A stretch of 64,000 nucleotides of DNA from Mizuhopecten yessoensis (taxonomy: Eukaryota), in contig NW_018407979.1 of assembly GCF_002113885.1 (NCBI RefSeq), positions 656,226 to 720,225 on the forward strand. Reading direction: 5' to 3'. Both the position numbers and the translations under genes were made by a program. This document shows positions 24,466 through 36,420 of this stretch, piece by piece. The first letter of the stretch is position 1. Each line of letters opens with the position of its first letter. The notes beneath the pieces are model-generated. The model ran no database searches. It was not told the DNA's origin and saw only the letters and a list, made by a program, of their open reading frames with translations.

Positions 24466-25350
24466 TTAAAAAATCATTTACGAAGATAATCCAAGATACA
24501 CTCTGAAGTCACTGGACCTTACATGGTACATGCATATTTACAAGTGAAATCACTTTATATATACATAGTATTTTCCTCTACGTTACTATAGGATCACAGG
24601 TCGTCTCCAACTACGCAATGACCAATTTGTCTTCTACACCGAAAATACGAGTCTGTTCGAGATCCCAGCTTACATATATCAGCCGCCATTTCAGAATTTA
24701 ACTTCCTTATTGCTACCGCGCGGTTTTACCTGAACACGAAGCCTATATCATCACTAGTTTGTATGAAATGAATATCCCAGGTGACACATATATCTTACTA
24801 TAGGATAGAGTCTTAAATAAGGACGGACAAAAAAGAGCATATCCATGTGCATAGGGCGTATCGGTACGATGAATAGTTTCCAGTTTATATATAGAGACTG
24901 TTTAACATGTAAATGCTGGTATTTTCCCCGGTTAATGAATTATTTCATAATTTTCTCCTATCATAGCATTGTTTCAAACAGGAAACTTACAATTAAAGCC
25001 ATTGCATTCAGTGCGGAATCAGTAAGCATATTAACAGTTACACTAGTATTTACATAGCGACTACAAATATTCGAGAAGGTAATAGCACTTAAAGTCATAG
25101 ATACGAAGCAGAGCGTTTGGTCAAGGGAATTAAGCTGAAGTATTTGCAAGAATATTGTGATTTTTCTGCATCGTATATATTCGTGCTATCGTTCAAGAAT
25201 GAATTTCTAAACATCTCAAAAAGAAAATGTTTCATGGACTGGAGACTGTATATCTGACTGTTATGCACCATTGGTTGTTTGATCGATTTATTGATATCAC
25301 GCTTATGGGAGGGGTGATAAATTATCAATGAATGATGTTTAAAACCATTC

Positions 25351-25442
25351 CTCTACTGAAGTTACGTCCCTTGCATCACTTGAGCTGTGAGTTACGTTCC
25401 TTGCATCACTTAAGCTATGAGTTACATGCCTTGCATCACTTC
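25351..25442. repeat. 30-bp tandem repeat, 3 copies (gttacgtcccttgcatcacttgagctgtga)
   Basis: Directly visible. Confidence 0.9.
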
Positions 25443-28400
25443 AGTTCAGCTTTAATGCATATTCTTGTTTGTTTTATACCTATGAGGAGAGCGATGGCCT
25501 TTTAACATGATTAAATGAAATGTAATTTAAATATCTAAATAATGTTCCTAATATTCCTCATTTTTTAGAATGTCTAAAAGAATTCGATATTCTAAATCAC
25601 ATTTTTAGATTTAAAGGTTTACTGAATTAAAAGAAGAAGAAAAAGAGGAAGCAGAAGAAGAGGAGGGTGAAGAAACCTTTAGATGAAATTAATTCATATA
25701 CTAATATATACCTGTTAAGGCTCCCATTATATATGATATTGGAATAACAAAAAAGGATTTTTGCATTTATACAGTGTATTTTGTTTTCACACTTAAGTTG
25801 AAATGTCTTGAACGATTGAGTGGATTCCTTAACAAGATGGGAAATTATTTAACTGAGAGCTAATACATTATGAAAGATGACTTGACGAACTCAAACCGTT
25901 TATAATAGATTGGCCAATATTGTTTAACTTATTGCACCAAAGTTCAATTTTGACTAGCGCACCGTAAAAAAACAATCAAGCTCAAAGCTTGTCGTCAAAT
26001 AGAAATACAAATTATAAAAAAATAACACAAGATGGACTGTTTTCAATAGCAAATGAGGACAAGTTTAATTGAAACAAAATGACATATCTTTTTTTGTGAA
26101 TAAAACATATAAAATAACCATTAATTCACACGACAATTACTTATTCTGTATCACAATTTAACATGTTTTTCCAGACATACGTCTGTTAATTTGATTGTAC
26201 AAATGGGACAAATGGCACTACCGATCTATCATTGAACATTTCGATAAGAACATGATTAACAGTTATATGTACTTTGAAAGGGACAATAAGGCGATTTCAA
26301 TACAAATTGGAAACTTTGCCAAAGTCTTGAATACACATCCAAACGAAATGTATTATAATCTTGTATATTTTTCTTTTGTTAATGGTCTAACAAACCTAAC
26401 TAGATATCTGTATAACCGGACTGTTCGCCCTAAGGTGAATTCAAGTGTCGTTGGTTGCTCAATAACGCAAGAAAAAGATTTTATTCAGAAAAAGGAATAA
26501 TAAAATGTTCGTATAGAAGATCATTGAATGCCCTTTATATGTATAAAGTTATAATATACACTTTTATACATTATTGCTTTCTATTTAATAATCTATTTCG
26601 AACCCTTAAAATATAAGGAAACATTGTTACCCGAACTTGTATCAATATTTTGATGAAATGTAAAAGTCTTCGAAAGTGAAAAAAGTTCACTATTGATATT
26701 ATAAAACAACTTAAAGCACCAATCGATTTCGGATCTTAACATGACATTGGATAGTGGTTACCAATTATACAAAATAACTAATAGTATTTAAAGGACGATA
26801 ATTATTCAGTTTCAACGGTTTTGCAATAACCGTGGTATACAGTTTGTTTTAATCAAAAAACTAAAAACCAAAGCTCTTTCGTAGATAACCTTTGGAATAT
26901 ATTTGTTATATATATGTAGTGTATTGCCGTTTCTGTGGTTTTAGAATATTGCTTAAATGTAACCTGATTATGATAAGAACACAAAATAAATGGTATTGTC
27001 ACTTAAAAAGGCATGTAATACAATTAAAACAAATGTAAATATTTACCACACTATTTGGGCATATTCACTGATTGACTAAATGTAGAATATGAAAAAGAAG
27101 ACAAAAAGTTCATATAACCGTAAATAGTGACATTGTCGCGGCAACGTAACTTCCGTACAGAGTACGGTATTGAAATCCTAGAAACCTATACCGTACATTC
27201 TTTAGAGAAAAGTTTAACGACAAATCGCCAGAATTAAATATAATGCAAAATATTTAAATTTATAATACTGGAAAAATAACATTTTCGCGACAAACCTTTT
27301 GAATTGAATTGCTTGGTATATAACAGACTGAATAGGTTTAAGTTCGACGGGAAAAATAGAACATTGCAAAGACATATGCATTAAAATAAAGGAATCAGGG
27401 ACATAGTTTCCTGTCGAGAGATATGATATAAATAGAATGATCGGAGATAATAAGAAGTTCATATTGTGTACTGGGAAGCTTTCGCTTAATCAAACTTTCG
27501 CCCTGTACTGGTAAATACTTATTCGCCCAGTGGTATATTCGCCGGTGATGTGAAATTGCTTTTCGTAACATGTTGTGTATTGACGTTCGCCGTCACGATA
27601 CATTCACCTTCGTTATAGATTTGGGATAGGCGTATGTTAAACTGCAGAGAAAGTTTTCCAGTATACAGTAAGCCTTGGACCGAATGATAGTTGTATGTAC
27701 TTGCAAGTAGGAGGAAAGAAAAATCATACACAATCGCGTCATTAAATAGAGACAAGAAAGTACATAAAAATACACAAAAAAACAACCCACAGAAACTTAG
27801 ATATCAAAACTACAGGTAATACATCATAAAACTGTTGCACTTACAATGTAAGCGTTGCTATTCTTTACAATGGCAAACTGACGTACATATTTAAAAAATA
27901 CATTAACATCTGTAAGAGACGGAACTTCATCAAAATATTACTCATTTACTCTGTTCTGATTCGTGACCAATGTAATTGGCTAAACCAAAGCATTACTCAT
28001 TAAAACTCGTTACCAATATGGTTTGATCCAGTGTATACAAAAACTCCAACTGTCCTATCTCAGCAGCTTACCTCGATCAATTTTTACAACATGGTCGACA
28101 AGCACAGCTTTTAATTGCGCTGAATGATAAGCGAGAGGATTTTGATGTTTTTTATCGCAAAATATTCCCTTTCTTTATAGTTACATTTGTTGTCTCTGCC
28201 AATTAACGGTGTAAACGTGTTGCATCGTGATTCGAATTTTAACGTGTGTGCTACTGATATCACGATTTGCAACATAATGTTTCGAGATATACAGATTGAT
28301 AAAAGTCTAAGTTTCAATGTCGCCATTATGATCACATTATATTACTATAAGTGAATATCGATGTTTTGATTGTGTTATTTTCCTCCGGTTTGTTGATACT

Positions 28401-29133
28401 ATCCCGGGTTTAAATTTACTTGCATTTGACTTAGATTATCATGAAAGCTATCTCCAGTGAACAAAAAAGACGCTTAACCTTCCGGAACACCTTGTATTAC
28501 TCTCCTAGTAATTTTTCAAGGGTCACCGTGTTAACATTTCCTTTCCCTCTGCTTTTATGGTTTTGAGCTGAAACAGCTGTTCGGGTTTTCCTTGTTGCAT
28601 ATTGTAATGAAATGAATATAGAAAGATTGTCATCTTATCTTTTGATCAGTTAAGATGAAATAAAACAAATTCATTATATCATAAATAGAGGTTTCAATGA
28701 AAGGACACGAACTCAAAGTCTATGGAATGTGACGCCAAGGAAATTGCGAAAATACACAAATGTCAGGGAAAATAATTAAACCCAACAAAACACGAAATGT
28801 TTTCATGTGTTATGACAAAATGTTCACAAGGAAATACAATAAAAGGAAACAATTTGTCACAAAGTGTTTTTTTTCTATCACGTTACTAGCTTTTTGTTAT
28901 ACAAAAGGCAGATAATTGAAGGTCGATGTGACAAAAAGAAGGCATGGTTAGACCTGTTTTTCGTGTGTTTGTTCGTAATCTAGATAGGAAACTAATGTCT
29001 GTGTCGTACGGTTGGGTCGACAAATTCAAATGACGGAATTCGGGAAAGAGGTTGGGAGGGGTGGGTGTTGGTGGGAAAGGGAAGAAAGGGTAGATAAATG
29101 AGTAAAAGGAAAGAATTGTGACGACAATTATAA

Positions 29134-29472
29134 TCAATGAAACAGACAGAAAAGCATACATAAAGAAAGTAAAGTAGTGATAACAAGACTAGATGAGCTG
29201 TGAACTACTCCGTGGCCGATAACATTAAAAAGTTTGAAAGTTCCGTCATTTATTGACGGTTTCTCTGTTGTCACAGAAAGCGTTGGTAATGCAGGGACGG
29301 TGATGTCGACGGAGGACGGTGAGGGGTCTTCAGTCGTATATTTCATTGCTGCATTCTTCATCGCCGTCAGCAATGGGTAGGTACCATTGTCACAGTAAGT
29401 ACCTGAAAAGTCATCGTAATCGAAAGCCCAAAACATGACTCCACCCAATCCGAGATTGCCAGCGTAATTCAC
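29134..29472 (-). CDS. GH18 chitinase terminal exon: end of the catalytic domain (VNYAGNLGLGGVMFWAFDYDDFSGTYCDNGTYPLLTAMKNA), then a Ser/Thr/Pro-rich linker and a hydrophobic C-terminal tail
   Basis: Aligns to CHIT1 [38 protein letters not shown]. Acceptor ctttacag|. Anchored on ORF 29134..29496. Ends ...LVITTLLSLCMLFCLFH*. Confidence 0.85.
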   Translation of the reverse strand: MNYAGNLGLGGVMFWAFDYDDFSGTYCDNGTYPLLTAMKNAAMKYTTEDPSPSSVDITVPALPTLSVTTEKPSINDGTFKLFNVIGHGVVHSSSSLVITTLLSLCMLFCLFH

Positions 29473-30080
29473 CTGTAAAGGTAATTCAATTGACATTTAA
29501 AAAAGTCACATGATATAATTTAACTAGCGTCGAACGTTTAAACATAGGAGTATACCTGATAAATATAAGGGTACTTTCAATAAATGTATCTCAACTCCTT
29601 TTTAGAAATGTAAGAATATTTAAAAGGATAAAGAACCAATTGTATTTATCTAAAATATTCCGAGATAGGCTGCAATCTCAAAGATTCCTCCCCTTCTATA
29701 TAGTTCTAGCACTTAGCGCCAACAACAGCTACGATATGAAAAGAATGTCTTTTAAAATACCCTTCTTAAATCTGCTCTGAATGAGAGATGAGTCATACAA
29801 TTTTGCAACTATTTATGTTTTGCCTTTTTTCTCTTATAAAGAAAGCAACACTGAAAAAAGAAAGTTTATATAACTTGTCTTATTAACTTTATATTAAAAA
29901 GACATCAAATATTATGTTATGGCTGCTATACATTTCGCGATGAAACAGTGATATATATACTTATGAACGTTAAACGGACTAGTATGTGTCTAATGTGGCG
30001 TTATATTATACTTTAAACGAATGCACCACAGGGCAGATGTACAATAGCAATGGTATACCATTACAAATTAGTATCTGTTG

Positions 30081-30266
30081 TTCCGTCTTTGCGTATTGCA
30101 GAGTTATCTGCTCTTGTGAGCAGGTATTGATTGTTATGTCATTTTTTTGTGAGAGTAACGTCATACATTTTTGAGAAAACGACGTAATTTTCTCACACAA
30201 ACTAATGACGTAACAATCAATACCTGCTCACAAGAGCAGATAACTCTGCAAAACGAAAAGACGGAA
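30081..30266. mobile_element. Palindromic MITE, family A, copy 1 (in a chitinase intron)
   Basis: About 186 bp with near-perfect terminal inverted repeats (TTCCGTCTTTGCGTATTGCAGAGTTATCTGCTCTTGTGAGCAGGTATTGATTGTTA...). It is almost a complete hairpin, and it explains the paired opposite-strand ORFs 29986..30174 and 30006..30200. Confidence 0.8.
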
Positions 30267-31025
30267 TAAACCATCGACGGATCACTTTGTAAGTCCGTAT
30301 TCATGTCTGTGTTTTATTACAAATATATAAGATCCAAGAAAAGTTTTGTTTACAGATTGGTAGCGTTTCACCTGATACATTGTGACTTCATTTAACAGTT
30401 GACCGTTGTTAAGGTATTTCACACAAAAACAATTATAGATTATCACACAGTATTTTCTCATCTCGATCACGTGGATTTAAAATATCGAGTCCACCTGCGA
30501 AAATTGTTCATGCGAGAAACCTTGAAACTATGTGTGATAAACTGTTTATCATCTTTATACTTCTACCTTATGTATTTAAAAAACAACCCAGTTGAATACC
30601 ACATTTTTAGACCAATCTTAAGGTCTTGTGATAAAGGAGATCATCTATCAGTGACAAATATAAACAAATACAAGTCTACCACAGGGGAATACCACGAACC
30701 TTAAAACCAATTAGAAAGACATTTTTAAGGCTTCTCCAAATGCATATTTAATTGGGTTGTCATCCTCATAATATTATTTTTCATAATTTTGTAATGATTT
30801 GTTTATGACGAACAATTGTCTTACGCGGGATACTAGACATCATCTGGCGCAAGAAGACATGTTATTTTGAGAAATCTATTTTCAAGTTTTTCTCAAATCG
30901 TGCTGACCTTCTTATCGAATACTCTCATACTGACAAACCGTGGTAATACATTAATTATGCTAAGGTAGGTACATGTAGTATAAAGTACTATATAGATGAT
31001 AACAAAAAACATCACACAGCCTGAC

Positions 31026-31148
31026 CTTTTCCACTACACTCCTGGTATCGTCATATCCTACCCACTGATCTTCCATGTAAGCATAATTGCTCTTTTGTTC
31101 ATCATCCCATACCGTTGTCGCCCCTTTGTTTATCAAATCAAAGCATAT
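31026..31148 (-). CDS. GH18 chitinase exon (ICFDLINKGATTVWDDEQKSNYAYMEDQWVGYDDTRSVVEK)
   Basis: Aligns to CHIT1 VCSWKGATKQRIQDQKVPYIFRDNQWVGFDDVESFKTK. Acceptor ttttgcag|, donor AAG|gtcagg. Anchored on ORF 30960..31187. Confidence 0.85.
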
Positions 31149-31442
31149 CTGCAAAAAAAAGTCATAGGCATTTTTGGGATATTTCATTGAGATTTTATAG
31201 TAATTTGGAATAACAATAATTTCTATTTACATGTACTAAATAAAAATGAAAACATAAAAACGACAAAAATTAAGTCTGTTTGCATAATCGTATGGCGTAT
31301 ATTTTTTAAGTCTAACTGTTTATTTTACTGATTCAATTATATTTTCTTCTGTTGTCAGTTTTTTGAAGCTGGGGACAGCGGATGATTGGGTAGGCAAACA
31401 TTTTCCTTAAGCATGCAAAACATATTTGTCAATTTTGTTTAC

Positions 31443-31631
31443 CTCATAATAAGCAAGATGACCTTTCAGCTGTCTCACTGACCCCTTATTGCCCCCTCCT
31501 ACGATGACAGGTGCCCCCACATCGTGTTTTGAGGAGTCTTTAAGAGTGAATGAAGCCCCCGCCCCACGGACTCCCATTACGAGCTTCTCTTTTGGAGCTC
31601 CCAATGCTATATAGTGATTCATAGTCCAGTT
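31443..31631 (-). CDS. GH18 chitinase exon (NWTMNHYIALGAPKEKLVMGVRGAGASFTLKDSSKHDVGAPVIVGGGNKGSVRQLKGHLAYYE)
   Basis: Aligns to CHIT1 ...[54 protein letters not shown]. Acceptor tttcag|, donor GAG|gtaaac. Anchored on ORF 31407..31622. Confidence 0.88.
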
Positions 31632-32325
31632 CTGAAATAAAAAAGAATTACCAGTATTTACAATATAATTCTGAAAGTTATTAAATGCAATACTCCGAGT
31701 ACACGCTAATAAGCAAAGTAAATACTGTATACCAGTAAACGTTTAATTGGTCAAATTTTAGTCCTTCACTGGTAGAATCTATTTTCTCAGTGGTGCCTTT
31801 CACACGTGTTTTTTCTATGCATAGTATGCTTTGTGTTTATTTAATTCTCTCTCATTACGGAAAAAACGAAAGTTAAACTTCGACAAAAATGTCTCAGTAT
31901 ACAGTACTTTAAGTAGAATAAAGTAGATATAGCGTCAACATAAAAGAACAAAGTTTCTTTAATTAACAATAGGAACCGAGCGAACATCGAAACTAAACTG
32001 AAGACCTCATTAACTAATGTATAAAAACGTGTCATGATGACGGCCTTTACATTTCAGTTAAGTTGAATGAGGACTCTTTGGTAGGAAACCTTGGCTAAGT
32101 GGATTATCAGTCAACATTAGGCATCATCTTTCAAGGTATTCCGATACTTGGAACAAGTTCCGCAATAGCAAATTTATGTATTTGATGTTTTGCGACTGCT
32201 AGCAGAGTAGTAGTATGATGAATGTTTGACATAATTCATGACTTGTATTTGTTCAATACAGTTATCATATACGTATTGAGAATCACACTCAAACGTGCAA
32301 TCGTTTGTATCATATGAACCTATGT

Positions 32326-32512
32326 ATTCCGTCTTTGCGTCTTGCAGAGTTATCTTCTCTTGTGAGCAGATATTGATTGTTACGTCATTGGTTTGTGTGA
32401 GAAAATGACGTCGTTTTCTCAAAAACTGATGACGTTACTCTCACAAACAAATGACGTAACAATCAATCCCTGCTAACAAGTGCAGATAACTCTGCAATAC
32501 GAAAAGACGGAA
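32326..32512. mobile_element. Palindromic MITE, family A, copy 2 (in a chitinase intron)
   Basis: About 90% identical to copy 1. Flanked by TA on both sides (gTA|TTCCGTC...GACGGAA|TAg). Confidence 0.8.
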
Positions 32513-32681
32513 TAGTGTAATGGGTATCTCATCTACATTTTTTCAGAAACTTTGTCTTTGTTATTGCATTATAAGGTCATAATATTAAAAAGAATTCTTT
32601 TCCAACCATTTCAACGATATTTATTTCTAGTTTGACTTTTTAATGAATTTGCGTATCTTTCGCTCTTTTCTAGTAGTCTAC

Positions 32682-32805
32682 CTGTGAGTTTTCCGGATTA
32701 AAGAGAGGGTTTGACAACCTCGAGTACAGTGGAGATCCAAAACCTGCTATCTGGCTCCAAGTACCAGCATAGTCATACGCCATAACGTTGAAAAAATCGA
32801 CATAT
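32682..32805 (-). CDS. GH18 chitinase exon (YVDFFNVMAYDYAGTWSQIAGFGSPLYSRLSNPLFNPENSQ)
   Basis: Aligns to YxDFxNLMxYDFHGSW...TGHNSPLY. Acceptor catttcag|, donor CAG|gtagac. Phase is consistent with both neighbouring exons. Confidence 0.82.
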
Positions 32806-33924
32806 CTGAAATGAAAGAAATGGATATAATCGCACTCTCTGTATATGTTGCTTACTTAAATTAGATATAACTACTATAGGAGAAATGGAAAAATGCAAGG
32901 TAACATAATAATGAATACATTGTACATTCCTGATATTAAATGTATATTTGACATATGGTTTTGAGATCATTCTTCTGTTCCGTAAAAGGACGGAGGAATA
33001 TACTACTGCATCCAATTCTCCAAGTTATCTGTCATGGTGTCCCTCAGAACCGATGGGACGACTGCAAATCAAAATTCGTCTGCTGGATTCATTTCGGTTA
33101 TTATTCTCTTCCCCCTACTTTGCATATTTACGATAGACATTTCTTATTCGAGAAACTCATGTGTAATACGTAGATTTCACTGGGGTGTACTCCGTCACCT
33201 TTAATATTTTGACGTTGCAATCAGATGACGGAGTTTTTCATGACGTCACGTCACGTCAAAACGTCGTTTGACTGATTGCGACAATCTAGCTGTCTATGAC
33301 AGTAATAACATAACATAACATCGGAGTTGTTTTCGCTAGCTTGAGAAATAGCGTTGCTATACAGTGCTTAGTTTCTTCCTTTTTCCAAATATGGCCTTTG
33401 TTTGTGTATACATTTTATTGAAGAAAGATACTTTAGTGTTTCATTTTCATTATCCTTGTAGACTTTTACCGAAAGGTATGCGGGATATAGGGATATGGAT
33501 AATCTACTCTCAGAAGGAGAATTTGGCGTCCGAACCGCGGCAAAGTCTCGGTACTGGACAACATTCTGCAACCTCTAGTCGAATTTCCATATCAAACATA
33601 CATACACACATACCTATAAAAGACTCTTATTAGGTATAGATTCACACATTTTATGTTGTTTGATCCATTTCATTGTGCTGATAGGCCAGTAAGTTATAAC
33701 AGAAGAACATCTGTCTAGAAACTTATATAAGGATACTGAAAATATGGACAGATATCGGTAAACCAATCAAATGGTATCGGACACAGCGAAAGGGATTGGT
33801 CAGGTTTTTATTTTATTCAACGTACTGTAAAGCTAAGGTATTTATAGAATGTGCCTTAATATGTGTACGTGCAGAGTATGTTGATGTTTTCGCCTCCTTG
33901 TGAACACTCGGAACTCCTCGGCCG

Positions 33925-34205
33925 ATGGGAGGAACTGTAATCGGGTAGAGGTGTTCCGAATGCCTTGTGATAGCACGGATTTAATGCCGACCAAACTGAA
34001 ATACCGAATGCAGTCAGCACAGTATTTCACTCGGTCATATAATACTAAAATCGGGTCAACTAGTTGTTACAATAACCCTATATGCTGAACGCTAAACAGG
34101 GAATAACAACTACCCTTTTGAAGGACTTTAGGATGTCCCGGCGTGGGGATGAAACCCATCGCCTACTCTACTTGGTTGAACGTCTAATACTTAGACCAAA
34201 ACAGA
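33925..34205 (+). mobile_element. SINE-like dispersed repeat, copy 1 (in a chitinase intron)
   Basis: About 270 bp, roughly 75-80% identical to 36170-36420 in the same orientation (TTGATAGCRCGGATTTRATGCCGAC...CACAGCATTTC...AATGCTGAACGYTAARCAGG...AGGACTTTGG...CCCGGC...CATYGCCTAC...). Confidence 0.55.
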
Positions 34206-34267
34206 TACATTGTATGACATGGCATTAAATCCCTCCCACCTAAAACAGAAAACTCTAGATGGCTTAC

Positions 34268-34392
34268 TTTGATATTTCTGTCATGTTGTACGAGGTGTCA
34301 ATATTGTCCTTCCCGGCCGCCGTAGCTATAGTCAGTATTAAACGTGACTGTCCTTCATTAAGGGTTTCATCATCAAAAACCTCCCTCATAAC
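34268..34392 (-). CDS. GH18 chitinase exon (VMREVFDDETLNEGQSRLILTIATAAGKDNIDTSYNMTEISK)
   Basis: Aligns to the segment after the catalytic Glu (LVKELREAF...RLLLTAAVAAG...IDxGYxIPEISK). Acceptor tgttcag|, donor AA|gtaagc. Confidence 0.8.
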
Positions 34393-34633
34393 CTGAACAA
34401 ATGCCAATGAACAAAAAGCAAGTGACAATGTCTCCACGATGGAATTTATCTATATTTCATTGAACCCATTGCAACAATTACAAATAAACAAATAAACATA
34501 CTGTCTGTATGATATGATTGTAATATCGAAGAATGTTTACATCGCTTTTCGTTAAAGTGAATGAATTTATGGTCAGACAATTTTTTTTTTTTTTACATTT
34601 TTTTTTTACATTTTTTTTTTTTTTATACATTAC

Positions 34634-35061
34634 CTTTAATAACTGTGTAAAGTCATCCCTTGAGGCACTTTGTGGAAATTCCCAGTCGATATCAAGACCG
34701 TCGAAATTTCTATCACGTAGAAAGATTTTGCAGTTTTGTGCAAAAACCCTCAAAACATGTGAAGCGACCACTTTTGGGAAGACTGCAGATAAAGTCTCCC
34801 CTCCAACTGAGAGCAGAGTTTTCAATTTAGGATTTTGTGTTTTCAACCCTGTGAACTTAAAGTAATTTCCACTTCTGTCGTCACCCAACATTCCATTGTC
34901 GTCATCGACTTCTGTTCTGGCAAGTTTCTTCTCACTAATGTCTATTCTTGCAAATGCATAGATAATGTGTGTACACAAATATGGGTCGATGGTTTGCACG
35001 TAGAAATTCCCCAGATGATTTGACCAATTTGTATGGTAACAAACTCTGCGAAACTCGCTCC
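34634..35061 (-). CDS. GH18 chitinase large exon with the catalytic motif (…RVCYHTNWS…YAFARID…KLKTLLSVGG…FDGLDIDWEFP…TQLLK)
   Basis: Carries the canonical GH18 motifs: CYxTNW, LLSVGG and DGLDIDWE with an intact catalytic Glu. Acceptor ctttcag| (phase 1), donor AAG|gtaatg. Anchored on ORF 34478..35083. The upstream exon with the start codon and signal peptide was not located. Confidence 0.88.
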
Positions 35062-35669
35062 CTGAAAGTAATGAAAAAAACAATCAGATTCGATATACAT
35101 AGGCAAATATCGTGAAATAGTTGCAAGTAACAATAAGTTAACAACTCAAAATGATAGGTTAAATAGCCGTCCTAACTTAAGCAGTTAAATCACTCTGAAC
35201 TTATACAAACCATTCCTTTTAACCTCAGCCATTCATAAAATCGGACAATAATTTGCCTTGATTTCTTTACATGTTTTTGTTCTATTTATGATTGAATAGT
35301 CGTGTTATACTTATATACAATCCAGCATTGTGCCTGGGACTACATAAACCACGACATTATAATATGGAATAATTGTAGTTAATATGTTTCTGTTTCTTCT
35401 CTGAATTTTCAAAACAGAAGTACAGCAAAAAAAAAAAAAAAAATTGAAATACATACATTTCAAATACTCCTAACAGTATGACTAGGCTAATTTTGCTATC
35501 ACACGGACGACTGATGCACGCTTAGTAATGTGGCATTCGTCATCACATGAACTCCTTTCTATATCCGTGGCCTACACTTTCGTGTGTTTAAATCTGAGAT
35601 CATGTCGAATACGGAACACCTTTATTTGTTTATCTTCTGTTATCTTTCATTTTGTTGTATTGTTTGCAT

Positions 35670-36050
35670 ATTCCCATTTGTTCATGCTACACAGTTTGCA
35701 CAAGTGTGTTTTCTCTAATTCATTTCATTATATTTTGGTGTTAATATACGAAACACTTCCTTGCAGTTCGTTCTTCAGCTTACGAAAAAAAATAAAAAAA
35801 ATAAATAAAAATACGTCAAACATTTTTTCGTGTGTACGTCTCTGTTCGTACAAGCTGTTTCCGCATTTCCATTTGTACATGTAACATATTATTCATATTG
35901 AGCTTGTGTTTCCTCTTATTCATTTCACTTTAGTTTGGTGATTATATACGAAACATTGCCTTGCAGTTCGTACTTAAGTTTACAAAGAGAAATTAAAACA
36001 ACAACGTCAATGCCAAAACTTTGTCGGGTGCGCGTCTCTGTTTGGTTTGG
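35670..36050. repeat. Tandem duplication of about 195 bp, upstream of the chitinase 5' end
   Basis: Two copies, roughly 80% identical (ccatttgt.catg.tacac...ttcatttcat.ata.tttggtg.t.atatacgaaaca.t.ccttgcagttcgt.ctt.ag.tt...). Confidence 0.75.
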
Positions 36051-36169
36051 TCTAATTTTGTTTAACGTCCTACGAACAGCTATAGTAATTTAATAACGTG
36101 CCTCCATGTGTGTAGTGTATGCTTGCTTGCGTAGGTGCATGCAGGAGACAGGGTATGTTGGTGTGCTTG

Positions 36170-36420
36170 CCTCCTTTTGATAGCGCGGATTTGATGCCGA
36201 CTTTATAGTGCTATCTCACTGAAATGCCATGCCGAAGGCACCAAGCACAGCATTTCGCCCGGTCACATGTTACCATTCCCCGTAATGCTGAACGTTAAGC
36301 AGGAAATAAAAACTATCATCTTGTTAGGACTTTGGTATGCCCCGGCCTGAGGACAGAATTCATTGCCTACCTCACCTAGGCGAACGCTCAACATCTAGCG
36401 ATTTGCTTGGCGCATCTCTG
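36170..36420 (+). mobile_element. SINE-like dispersed repeat, copy 2
   Basis: See copy 1. Confidence 0.55.

Noticed and set aside
29986-30200. Paired opposite-strand ORFs (also 32174..32422 and 49096..49341) that share the MCEKITSFSQ...QITLQYAKTE peptides
   Set aside because: The mirror-image ORFs are generated by the hairpin MITE family A. The same peptide on both strands is a signature of the palindrome, not of coding sequence.
34533-34865. 110-aa ORF on the + strand
   Set aside because: It is antisense to the large GH18 chitinase exon and its poly-T-rich intron. The minus-strand frame has clear GH18 homology.
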